Positions 46,379 to 54,751 are shown, counted from the first letter of the whole stretch. The stretch is 63,987 nucleotides of DNA, filler included, from an uncultured Methanosarcinales archaeon (GCA_964397315.1; 4 parts of 4 records of this genome joined end to end with filler, not necessarily neighbours in it), one strand, 5' to 3'. The notes: a model not told the origin generated them from the sequence alone. Program-made: numbers and translations.

Positions 46379-46490
46379 GCATAACAGGGCTTAAACGGTT
46401 CGAAACGACCGCCTCCGGCTATTTTGCCAAGCAAAATTCGTTCCTCCCCCAAATTTGCTACGCAAATCTCGCTTACGCCCGATGTTATGC
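46379..46490 (+). repeat. attC-like site 5 (112 bp)
   Basis: GCATAAC-AGGGCTTAA ... TTACGCCCGAT-GTTATGC. Confidence 0.85.
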
Positions 46491-46564
46491 TCAATTCAGA
46501 AAAAATGGTGGATGTAATTTGCGATTAGATAGTTTTTTATAATAGCTTTGTATTAATTCATTAA

Positions 46565-46945
46565 ATGGATACAAACCAACCCCAAAATCTCACCAAAAAA
46601 ACAGCAATGAAAAGATTCCTAATAATTTTAGTTGGCACAATTATCTTTGCTTTAGTATTTGTATATTTACAACATGGCAGAATTCAAAGTACTATTTTAA
46701 TTGCTTTTGCAATCGTCGTTCCTATCATGATAATAAGTGCAATAGTTGGTTTTAAGTATCGCGATTCGATTGCAAATCTTAAAAATAAGTTATGGTACTT
46801 CCTTCTAATTATTGGAATACTGATGGCAATAATCAATTTAGTATTGGTTTTTTTGGAAGGAAGCAATTTTAATTATTATCTTCAGATTGGGATTGGTTTG
46901 ATGTTTGTAATTTACTCTATCTACAAGATAAAAAACACCCCATAA
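46565..46945 (+). CDS. Four-TM membrane protein (cassette 5)
   Basis: 126 aa, four hydrophobic segments, TTTTTATAATA promoter. Confidence 0.8.
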   Translation: MDTNQPQNLTKKTAMKRFLIILVGTIIFALVFVYLQHGRIQSTILIAFAIVVPIMIISAIVGFKYRDSIANLKNKLWYFLLIIGILMAIINLVLVFLEGSNFNYYLQIGIGLMFVIYSIYKIKNTP

Positions 46946-47014
46946 TAACATTTTTTCTGAACTCGAAATTTTTGCCTCCGGCATCGTTGCACTAAAATTC
47001 AGCCCTAACGGAGA

Positions 47015-47039
47015 GCATAACAGGGCCCCGATGTTAGTT
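47015..47039 (+). repeat. Minimal attC-like site 6 (25 bp)
   Basis: GCATAAC-AGGGCCCCGAT-GTTAGTT. Confidence 0.7.
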
Positions 47040-47058
47040 GTAATTTGTAATCTAAAAC

Positions 47059-47550
47059 CTAGCTATAATCATAATGTAATTTTTCAAGAAGAGTATATAA
47101 TTTCCTATCCACAGAAATGCATAATTCTAGTTTATCATCAAAAGACATAGAAGAATATCCTTCGGTTTCTGGAAAAGGATTGATTGTTAAATCATTTCTA
47201 TTTAGAACTATATTCAATCTCATTAATCCAACTCCTGCATGAGTTCCCCAACAATTCAATCCCAATTTATTATGTCTTTTATGCCAATCATATTCTTCTT
47301 CTGAAAAAGAATATCTTAAATTATGCATTTCTTGATGAACATTAGTTCCCATATCAATTGGATAAGTTCCTAACAAATAATATTCTAATCTAGAAACTAT
47401 TTCTGTTGCGTTTCCATTAATTATTCCCGCTACATTAGGAACTTCTCTATATGTTGGTTCAAAAAACTGAAACGAATATTTTTCTTCAAAATGTTTAATC
47501 CATTTTGCATGTGCAGTTTTTTGTTCTGGAACTAATGTCTTCATATTCAT
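47059..47550 (-). CDS. Hypothetical protein (cassette 6)
   Basis: 163-aa AT-rich ORF filling the cassette, own TATA box. Confidence 0.75.
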   Translation of the reverse strand: MNMKTLVPEQKTAHAKWIKHFEEKYSFQFFEPTYREVPNVAGIINGNATEIVSRLEYYLLGTYPIDMGTNVHQEMHNLRYSFSEEEYDWHKRHNKLGLNCWGTHAGVGLMRLNIVLNRNDLTINPFPETEGYSSMSFDDKLELCISVDRKLYTLLEKLHYDYS

Positions 47551-47670
47551 ATATTACGGAAATTATATGCTCATTATAAAGCTTTTGACGGTTTTAGATT
47601 ACAAACTCTTCGGGATTTTTTCACTTCGTGAAAAACCACTTGCAGTTATCCCTCGGTCACTTCGTGACAC

Positions 47671-47695
47671 AACTAACAGGAATCCGATGTTACTC
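47671..47695 (+). repeat. Minimal attC-like site 7 (25 bp), array terminus
   Basis: AACTAAC-AGGAATCCGAT-GTTACTC; GC content returns to host level immediately after. Confidence 0.7.
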
Positions 47696-47696
47696 C

Positions 47697-48152
47697 TCAA
47701 AGGAATCTGCTCATTATGCTGAGGTCCTCACCATCCACGAAGTGGCTCCTGAGAAGTCCTTCCTCTTCAAATCCTGTAGAGGTGTAGAATTTTTTGTACT
47801 CCTGGAATGTCAGCGCGTGCAGCTTTCTTATGCCTCTCTTCCTGGAAATCTCAATGATGCTCTCAAGAATCTCCCTTCCATTACCTTTCCCCCTGTGCCG
47901 GGGCCACACAACCAGGTCTCTTATCTCTGCTGTGCCGCTCACATCAGTGATGAGAGAGACAGTCCCTATCCTTTCCCCTCCTTTCATGTAGATAAAGAAC
48001 TCATCATTATTTATCTCTTTCTTGTGCCCCTGCTTAAGGTAATCCTCAGCCCACTTTTTGTCATACTGCGGAGCTCCCCTCTCCCTCCAGTACTCTGCAA
48101 GAAGCTCTGCAGCTTCGCTCTCATCCTCAGGTTTAAGTCTTTCCAGGGCCAT
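47697..48152 (-). CDS. GNAT family acetyltransferase
   Basis: LVV.P.HRGKG.G, FY...GF..EG. Confidence 0.9.
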   Translation of the reverse strand: MALERLKPEDESEAAELLAEYWRERGAPQYDKKWAEDYLKQGHKKEINNDEFFIYMKGGERIGTVSLITDVSGTAEIRDLVVWPRHRGKGNGREILESIIEISRKRGIRKLHALTFQEYKKFYTSTGFEEEGLLRSHFVDGEDLSIMSRFL

Positions 48153-48238
48153 GCAAAACCCTTAAAAAGACTCATATAAAAATATAGCGGACAAGACCTT
48201 CCGATATATTTATTAAACATTCCCCCTCCTGCTGTAAT

Positions 48239-49396
48239 ATGCGCATGCCCGACTACAGGGGAGGGAGCCTTGTGAACCTGATGAGTTCGATCTCCCGGGC
48301 TCTTGGAGGGAAATCAAGTTACAGCCAGCTGAAGCAGCTGCCTTCAAGCAAGTTAAAGAACTCAAGGAATATCATCCTGATTGTCCTGGACGGCATTGGT
48401 TATGAGTATATTAAAGAGAAAGGCAAGAAAACCGTTTTTCAGGAACATCTTAAAGGAGTTATCACATCTGTATTCCCCTCAACTACAGCCTCTGCAATAA
48501 CGACCATCCTGTCAGGATTAGCACCACAACAACACGCCATAACAGGCTGGTTTGTGCACCTCAAGGAGATAGGGGCTGTGACCGCAATCCTGCCTTTTGT
48601 TACAAGGGCAGGGGGCCAATCTCTCGCCAAAGCAGGTGTAAGGAAGAGAGACATTATGGATTTCAAAAGATTTGAAGACGGTCTTAAGGCTGCCTCCTGT
48701 AATGTGACCACGCAGAACATAAAGAGGGATGAATTAAAAGACGGCACCAGCAAAAGAACAAGCGTTCTGGGTTATACAAATTTAAGGGGGTTCTTCTCGC
48801 AAATAAAAAAAGCAGTCAGGTCCAGCAATAAGAGAAAATTTGTTTACGCCTACTGGCCAGGGTTTGACGCAATAGCCCACCAGGAAGGGGTAAGGAGCAG
48901 AAAGGCAGAGGATCATTTCAGGCAGATCAGTAAAGAGCTGGGCTCATTTGTTGAGGGCATGAGGGGCACGAACACAACCATTATTATAACCTCTGATCAT
49001 GGGATGATTGACACCAGCGGTAAAAGAACAATCCGCTTGGAAGACCACCCCGGGCTAAAAGAATGTTTGACACTTCCCCTCTGCGGAGAGCCCCGCGCAG
49101 CGTATTGCTATGTTCATCCGTCCAAGACCAAGCAGTTTGAGAGGTATGTAAGAAAAAAGCTTGGGAAATGCTGCCGTCTGTACAGGAGCGAGGAACTCGT
49201 CAAAAGGAACTTTTTTGGGTTATACAAGAGGAATCCCAGGCTGAACGACCGCATTGGAGACTACACAATAATCATGAAGCATGATTATATCATAAAGGAC
49301 AGGCTTCCCGGAGAGGAGGAGAGGATTCTAGCGGGCAATCATGGAGGGCTCAGCAAAGAGGAGATGCTTGTTCCTCTTGCAGTAATCAATCTATAA
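48239..49396 (+). CDS. Alkaline phosphatase superfamily / nucleotide pyrophosphatase
   Basis: VLDGIG, FPSTT, D..AH, SDHG, HGG.S..EM.VP. Confidence 0.9.
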   Translation: MRMPDYRGGSLVNLMSSISRALGGKSSYSQLKQLPSSKLKNSRNIILIVLDGIGYEYIKEKGKKTVFQEHLKGVITSVFPSTTASAITTILSGLAPQQHAITGWFVHLKEIGAVTAILPFVTRAGGQSLAKAGVRKRDIMDFKRFEDGLKAASCNVTTQNIKRDELKDGTSKRTSVLGYTNLRGFFSQIKKAVRSSNKRKFVYAYWPGFDAIAHQEGVRSRKAEDHFRQISKELGSFVEGMRGTNTTIIITSDHGMIDTSGKRTIRLEDHPGLKECLTLPLCGEPRAAYCYVHPSKTKQFERYVRKKLGKCCRLYRSEELVKRNFFGLYKRNPRLNDRIGDYTIIMKHDYIIKDRLPGEEERILAGNHGGLSKEEMLVPLAVINL

Positions 49397-49455
49397 CAAG
49401 GGTTAACACGCCTCTTATGCAGCAGTCCTGAGAGACCAGGACCATAACACACAGC

Positions 49456-50721
49456 TCATGTCCCCTCCTGCCAGCTGGCCATGTACTTCTTCTGCTCCTC
49501 TGTCATCTCATCAATCCTCAGCCCCATTGCCTCAAGCTGCAGCCCTGCTATTGTGTCATCAATCTCCTCTGGAAGCTGAATAACCTCCACAGGCAGATTT
49601 CCCTTGTTTTTAACGCAGTACTCAACAGCAAGAGCCTGGCCGCAGAAAGATGTGCTCATTACCTCAGATGGGTGGCCTTCTGCTGCTGCAAGGTTCACGA
49701 GCCTTCCCTCGCCTGCAACAAACAGCTTTTTTCCGTCAACAATGTACTCGTCAAGGAAGGGCCTCACTTTTCTTTTTCCTGAAGCAAGCTCACCAAGCCC
49801 TTTTAGGTCTATCTCTATGTCAAAATGGCCTGAATTCGCGAGTATAGCCCCGTCTTTCATCTGCTTCATGTGCTCTGTCCTTATGGCATGCTTGTTTCCT
49901 GTCAGGGTGCAGAATATGTCTCCTATCCTGCATGCATCCTCCATCTTCATAACCCTGAATCCGTCATATGCTGCCTGCAGGGCGCAGAAATTATCCACTT
50001 CAGTGACTACGACATTCGCGCCCATGCCTTTTGCCCTCATTGCAAAGCCTTTGCCGCAGCTTCCATAGCCTGCAACCACCACTGTTTTTCCGGCAAACAG
50101 CACATTTGAGGCTCTTATTATGCCGTCAACAGTTGACTGGCCTGTGCCGTAGTAATTGTCTAAAAGGTGCTTTGTCTTGTTGTCATTGACCGCTATCATG
50201 GGGTATTTCAGGGCATTGTCCTTCTGCATTGCCTTGAGCCTTATTATTCCTGTTGTTGTTTCCTCACACCCCCCTATTATCTCAGGTATGAGGTCAGTGT
50301 GCTTCTGGTGTATCTCTGACACAAGGTCGCAGCCGTCATCTATTGTTATGTTGGGCCTGAATGATATCACATTACTGAGGTACCTGTAATAGTCCTCGTC
50401 TGTCTCTCCCTTGTATGCCCATACACTGACTCCATCCTCTGCAAGGGCTGCTGCCACATCATCCTGTGTTGAGAGGGGGTTGCAGCCTGTTATTGCCACA
50501 GAGGCGCCCCCTGCAATAAGTGTCCTTACAAGAACTGCTGTCTCTTTTGTAACATGCAGTGCCAATCCCACCTTCACTCCCTCAAGGGGCTTTTCCTGCT
50601 CAAACCTCTTCTTTATCTCCATTAATGCCCCCATGTGGCTCTCTGCTATCTCAATGTTCATCCTGCCCTGTCCTGCAATGCTCATGTCCTTTACCTCATA
50701 ATTGTCTCCAGTATCCATCAT
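49456..50721 (-). CDS. ahcY: Adenosylhomocysteinase
   Basis: CNPLSTQD, EETTTG, DN.YGTGQS, GRLVNL..A.GHP. Confidence 0.97.
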   Translation of the reverse strand: MMDTGDNYEVKDMSIAGQGRMNIEIAESHMGALMEIKKRFEQEKPLEGVKVGLALHVTKETAVLVRTLIAGGASVAITGCNPLSTQDDVAAALAEDGVSVWAYKGETDEDYYRYLSNVISFRPNITIDDGCDLVSEIHQKHTDLIPEIIGGCEETTTGIIRLKAMQKDNALKYPMIAVNDNKTKHLLDNYYGTGQSTVDGIIRASNVLFAGKTVVVAGYGSCGKGFAMRAKGMGANVVVTEVDNFCALQAAYDGFRVMKMEDACRIGDIFCTLTGNKHAIRTEHMKQMKDGAILANSGHFDIEIDLKGLGELASGKRKVRPFLDEYIVDGKKLFVAGEGRLVNLAAAEGHPSEVMSTSFCGQALAVEYCVKNKGNLPVEVIQLPEEIDDTIAGLQLEAMGLRIDEMTEEQKKYMASWQEGT

Positions 50722-50973
50722 AACCACCTTCTGCGCCAGGAATACCGCACTATTATATAATTTTCCAGGCTATTACCGGACATTGTCCATCAAATCTTCC
50801 AATGTTCCGGACAAAAAACAAAATATTTAAATATATGCTGGACATACCCTCTGAAAGGAGACAGAACCATTGAGCCATACTTCTTCATGGCTCTGAGGGG
50901 TGGTAGGTTCATATGACACTCATCGCCATATGATACTTGTTGGCGCAAGTAATCATCCCTTGGAGCCTAAAAA

Positions 50974-51405
50974 ATGAAACTTGACGGAAAAGACCATGCC
51001 ATCATATCCCTACTTAAGGAGAACTCCAGGCTGTCAGTCAGGGAAATCGGCAAGAAAACAGGCCTCAGGCCGTCCACGGTGCATGACAGGATAAGAAAGC
51101 TGGTCAAGAACAACATAATAGAAAAGTTCACCCTCAAGCTGAACAACAGGGCTGTGGGAGAGAATTTCATTGTTTTCATGCTCGTCGCAGGAAAGCCAAC
51201 AGAGTATGTGGGAGAGACAATGCTGGGCCACAGGAACATAAAGGAGGTGTTCGGCATAACAGGGGAGTATGACATGATATTCAAGCTTAAGTTCAGGGAT
51301 GTTGAGGAGTTCAACGATTTTGTGATAAAATTCAGGAAGCAGAACAGGAACGTGACAAAAACAATGACAATGGTCGCCACAGCCACGCTCAAGGAGGAAT
51401 TGTGA
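50974..51405 (+). CDS. Lrp/AsnC family transcriptional regulator
   Basis: LD..D..I...L..N.R HTH; GITGEYD RAM domain. Confidence 0.92.
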   Translation: MKLDGKDHAIISLLKENSRLSVREIGKKTGLRPSTVHDRIRKLVKNNIIEKFTLKLNNRAVGENFIVFMLVAGKPTEYVGETMLGHRNIKEVFGITGEYDMIFKLKFRDVEEFNDFVIKFRKQNRNVTKTMTMVATATLKEEL

Positions 51406-51529
51406 GAGAAAACTACAATGCAAGACTGGAGCTGACATACAAAAGGCCTGGCAAAGATACTCGGCAGGGAAGAGACAACAAAGGGAATCAGGAAAAAATA
51501 TAAAAAGAGAAGAGCATGGCAGGATAAGA

Positions 51530-52099
51530 ATGAACAAGGGCTTAAGAGCAGCAGCAATAGCAGGCATCGTCTATCTTGTGTTATTCCTGCCCCTCCTCTT
51601 TCTTAAATCCATGGGCAAGGTGGGAGGAGGCATACCTAACGGAATGCTTGTGGTTTTTCTTGCTATCGCGCTTGCAGAGCTTGCAGCCGGAGTGGTATTC
51701 ATAAGAGGGTTTGTAATCATGGGAGGAAAGCTCAAAAGGGATTTCCTGAGGATAATGGCGTGGATAGCGCTTGTAATAACAACCCTCCTGTCAGGCTATG
51801 ACATGATAAGCATACTTCACCAGGAAGCAGCAAGCCCCACAGCAGGGATAATCATGCTTTTCATTTTTGGAGTTGTGGGGGTGTTATTCGGGGCCTCCCT
51901 GCTGCCTCTCAAGAAAAGATTCGGAAAGCTCGCCACTTCCGCGGGAGTAATGGAGATCATCTCCGGCGCAGCTGCAGTGACCATACTCCTTTCAATAATA
52001 ACAATCCTGCTTTACATACCTTTGGGCATAGTTAAGGTTATTCTTCTTTTCAGGGCCTCTGAAAAGTTCAAGCAACAAAAATCCGCAGCTCACGGTTAA
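51530..52099 (+). CDS. Multi-pass membrane protein
   Basis: About six TM segments. Confidence 0.75.
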   Translation: MNKGLRAAAIAGIVYLVLFLPLLFLKSMGKVGGGIPNGMLVVFLAIALAELAAGVVFIRGFVIMGGKLKRDFLRIMAWIALVITTLLSGYDMISILHQEAASPTAGIIMLFIFGVVGVLFGASLLPLKKRFGKLATSAGVMEIISGAAAVTILLSIITILLYIPLGIVKVILLFRASEKFKQQKSAAHG

Positions 52100-52190
52100 T
52101 AGGCTAAAGGTTTCAAAAAGCTAAGCTTTTTGGAACACCAAAAATTGAAGATTTTTGATTCCCACGGCTTTAAGCAGCCGCTTTTGGCAG

Positions 52191-52260
52191 GCGGATTTCT
52201 GGAACTTTTAAAAGCCTTCATCTCCGCACCAAAGTGCGGAGCTTCCGGCTTATTAAAAGT
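52191..52260. repeat. 70-bp REP-like palindromic repeat, copy 1
   Basis: 68/70 identical to 56005-56074; CTCCGCAC-NAAA-GTGCGGAG hairpin. Confidence 0.8.
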
Positions 52261-52291
52261 GACTGCCGCCTTCCCCCTATGATAGAGCCTA

Positions 52292-54265
52292 CTAAAAGAG
52301 GTGCCTGAAGAAAAGAAGTATCCTCTGGATAAAAGAGACATCCACAAGGGAAATCTCAATCTTTTCAGAATCAGAATATTTCCTGCCCCTTGCATCCTCA
52401 TAGGAGAGGTTCATGTGTATTGGGTTTTTTCCCTCCTGCAATCCGCTTCCCTTAAGCTCCAGCTCGTATTCCTTCCCCTCCTCAAGCATGCCATAATCGT
52501 ATTCCCTTTCAAGCCCTGCACCATAAACCCCCACTAGGGCATTATGGGCTGGAGCTTCAGAGGCCTTGTCCAGGCTGAACCTGACACTAAACTCATCCCC
52601 ATACCCGACCTCTGCCGGAAACTCAACATCACCTATGCTGAACTCAGGAGATGGAATGCCCTCAAAGGCTATCTCCCTGCTCTTTGAAACCCTCTCATTA
52701 CTGATGTAAAGAGAGAGCTCATTCCTTCCCTTCTCTACATTCTCTATTGTGAATGTGAAATTCTTCTGCTGAGTTATGCCGAGATGAGAGGCAGCGCACC
52801 TGCCGGCAAGGCATATGCTAAGATTCCTGAAGAATATATTGCCCACATTTCTTATGCTGCATTCTATGGAAGGGGACTCGTAAGTGTAATACCTGTCTGA
52901 ATAATTAGTGCAGGACACCTCAAGGTTGCCAGCGTAGGCTTTCTCATGCCTTTTCCTTGATGCAGATGCTGACTTCCGAGCCTCCTCAAGCGAGATCATG
53001 CTCCCCTCCCCCATTGAGCTGAATGAGCCCCCTGAGGTTGCATTGTCAAGCGTGAAAACCTCATAGGGAAATGTGTATATGTAATCCCTGTCAAGGCCCC
53101 CCTGAACCTTTACGATCCAGCTTGCCTCCTTCACCTCACCTGGCCTGAGAAGGACATGCTTCTTTTCCGCGCCAAGAATGTCAAGCCTGCTGGTCCTGGA
53201 TATCCTAATGTCCTTGGAAACATAATAATCCTTAAGGTTGGTTATCCTGGCTTTTATCACATTATAGGAGCTGAAGCCAGTCTCATCCTCCATAACATCT
53301 GATTCTATTGAAACCTCATGGCCTTTCTCATCCCCTATCTCAAGCACACCTATCTGCGTCTCAAGATCATTAAGATCAAGGGATACACCCCCCTCTGCCT
53401 TCCACTGGTAGGTTGAGGTTATCTTCTCAGCGTCACTTGATATTGAAGTCACAATGTGAGTGGGGTCCACCCAGCCATACTCGCCGTATGTCACGTCATA
53501 AGGCACCCAGCCGTAACCAGGAAAATAGACTTCAGCCCAGCCATGAGGCCCCCAGTTGTCCGCTATCTGGGGGGAATTAGTGTATGATATTCCAGCCACG
53601 AACCTCGCAGGTATGCCCAGGGATCTCAACATTGATATGAAAAGAGAGGTTATCTCATCACAAACGCCTTCCCTGTTCTCAAGCACCCAGCTTGACTTCT
53701 GGGAAGCCTCAGCAGTGATGGTGGAGAAATTATAAGATATATTTGTGTTCACCCACACTGCAATGCTGTCCACAACATCCATAAGGTCATCCTTTCCTGA
53801 GGCTATATCAGAGGCTGTGTTTATTATGTTCTCATCTATGTCTATTATCTCAGCGGGCAGAGTGTATTTTCTTGCCTCATCAGGAATGTTTTCCAGGGGG
53901 AATCTTATTTTCCCTGACACCCTCACTGGATCATTCTCCACCTTCACGATGGAATCCATGTCTATGAAAAGCCTTGACTGGCTGGGCTTGTCCCACCTGA
54001 AGACTGCTGTCTCACCAATGCTTTCTGGCTCAGGGGAGAAATCAGTCTTTCTGATGGCCTGCCCTGCTGTTTCCTTGGGAAAAAAGGATATGTTGGCTGT
54101 TATGAAGTCAATCTTTGGAGAGGGGCTTAAGGAGACCACCTCCAGCTCGGTTGACAGCCTAACATCAAGAAGCATATGCCCGCTGTTGTAGAATCTGGAT
54201 TCCTCAATGCCGTGGCAGACAGGCAGTATAAGAAGCATGAGTATGAGGAGGATTGCTTTTTTCAT
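52292..54265 (-). CDS. Secreted transglutaminase-like protein
   Basis: Signal peptide from MKKAIL; GVCDE, HGWAEVY, W.PYD.T Cys-His-Asp triad. Confidence 0.88.
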   Translation of the reverse strand: MKKAILLILMLLILPVCHGIEESRFYNSGHMLLDVRLSTELEVVSLSPSPKIDFITANISFFPKETAGQAIRKTDFSPEPESIGETAVFRWDKPSQSRLFIDMDSIVKVENDPVRVSGKIRFPLENIPDEARKYTLPAEIIDIDENIINTASDIASGKDDLMDVVDSIAVWVNTNISYNFSTITAEASQKSSWVLENREGVCDEITSLFISMLRSLGIPARFVAGISYTNSPQIADNWGPHGWAEVYFPGYGWVPYDVTYGEYGWVDPTHIVTSISSDAEKITSTYQWKAEGGVSLDLNDLETQIGVLEIGDEKGHEVSIESDVMEDETGFSSYNVIKARITNLKDYYVSKDIRISRTSRLDILGAEKKHVLLRPGEVKEASWIVKVQGGLDRDYIYTFPYEVFTLDNATSGGSFSSMGEGSMISLEEARKSASASRKRHEKAYAGNLEVSCTNYSDRYYTYESPSIECSIRNVGNIFFRNLSICLAGRCAASHLGITQQKNFTFTIENVEKGRNELSLYISNERVSKSREIAFEGIPSPEFSIGDVEFPAEVGYGDEFSVRFSLDKASEAPAHNALVGVYGAGLEREYDYGMLEEGKEYELELKGSGLQEGKNPIHMNLSYEDARGRKYSDSEKIEISLVDVSFIQRILLFFRHLF

Positions 54266-54289
54266 CTTACCACTTTTTGAATGGAAAAA

Positions 54290-54414
54290 CGCCGCGGCTG
54301 GGACTTTCAGGCGCAGGCCCCGCCTAACGCTCTTTGAACCCAGATATCCCGAAGGAAACCAGATTTCTGCGCATGATAGCAATCTGGCGCAGTACCAGGT
54401 TGTGCCACCGCGGC
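54290..54414 (-). tRNA. tRNA-Ser(GCT) with two introns (37/38, 54365-54376; T-loop 59/60, 54304-54332)
   Basis: GCCGCGG/CCGCGGC acceptor stem, CCAGA/TCTGG anticodon stem, variable arm TCC-TTCG-GGA, BHB central helices TTGC/GCAG and TTCA/TGAA. Confidence 0.88.
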
Positions 54415-54638
54415 AATAAATTGCTTTGCTCTGAAGCCGCTTAAGCATTACCAGCAGCTATTCGGGCCATTCCGAGCAAAGCGAGGATATGGCCCTTGAT
54501 GGCCGGGTCAAGGAAGAAGACCCTTGAGCTGGTTGTGCCACCGCGGCAATAAGGCTTCTGCTTGCAACCCTATTTTTATAGTTTTCCCTTAAAAAAACCA
54601 AAAAGATTTATAAATGGGTTGCTGTTTGGCCATGGTAT

Positions 54639-54729
54639 AGCGAGGTGGGGCAGTCAGGAGTGCCCGACGGGCTCATAATCCTCTTGTTGGGAGACCCGTA
54701 GGTCGGTGGTTCAAATCCACCCCTCGCTA
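54639..54729 (+). tRNA. Initiator tRNA-Met(CAT) with 16-nt intron (54678-54693)
   Basis: A1:T72 pair, GGG/CCC anticodon stem, BHB CTCA/TGGG. Confidence 0.92.
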
Positions 54730-54751
54730 TGCTAATGCTCTCAGATTTTTT

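Larger units (their letters stand above)
40985..47695 (+). mobile_element. Integron-like gene cassette array (6 cassettes, no integrase within the contig)
   Basis: AT-rich island; 7 AAC...GTT attC-like junctions; the first and last 9 bp of each cassette are exact reverse complements. Confidence 0.85.

Noticed and set aside
40985..47695. CRISPR array interpretation of the island repeats
   Set aside because: The repeats are degenerate, irregularly spaced and separated by whole genes; no cas genes are present.
47628..48179. 183-aa + strand ORF spanning the array end
   Set aside because: Antisense to the clear GNAT gene and starts inside the repeat module.
52292..54448. 61-aa N-terminal extension of the transglutaminase ORF
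   Set aside because: It runs through tRNA-Ser(GCT); the signal peptide starts at 54265.
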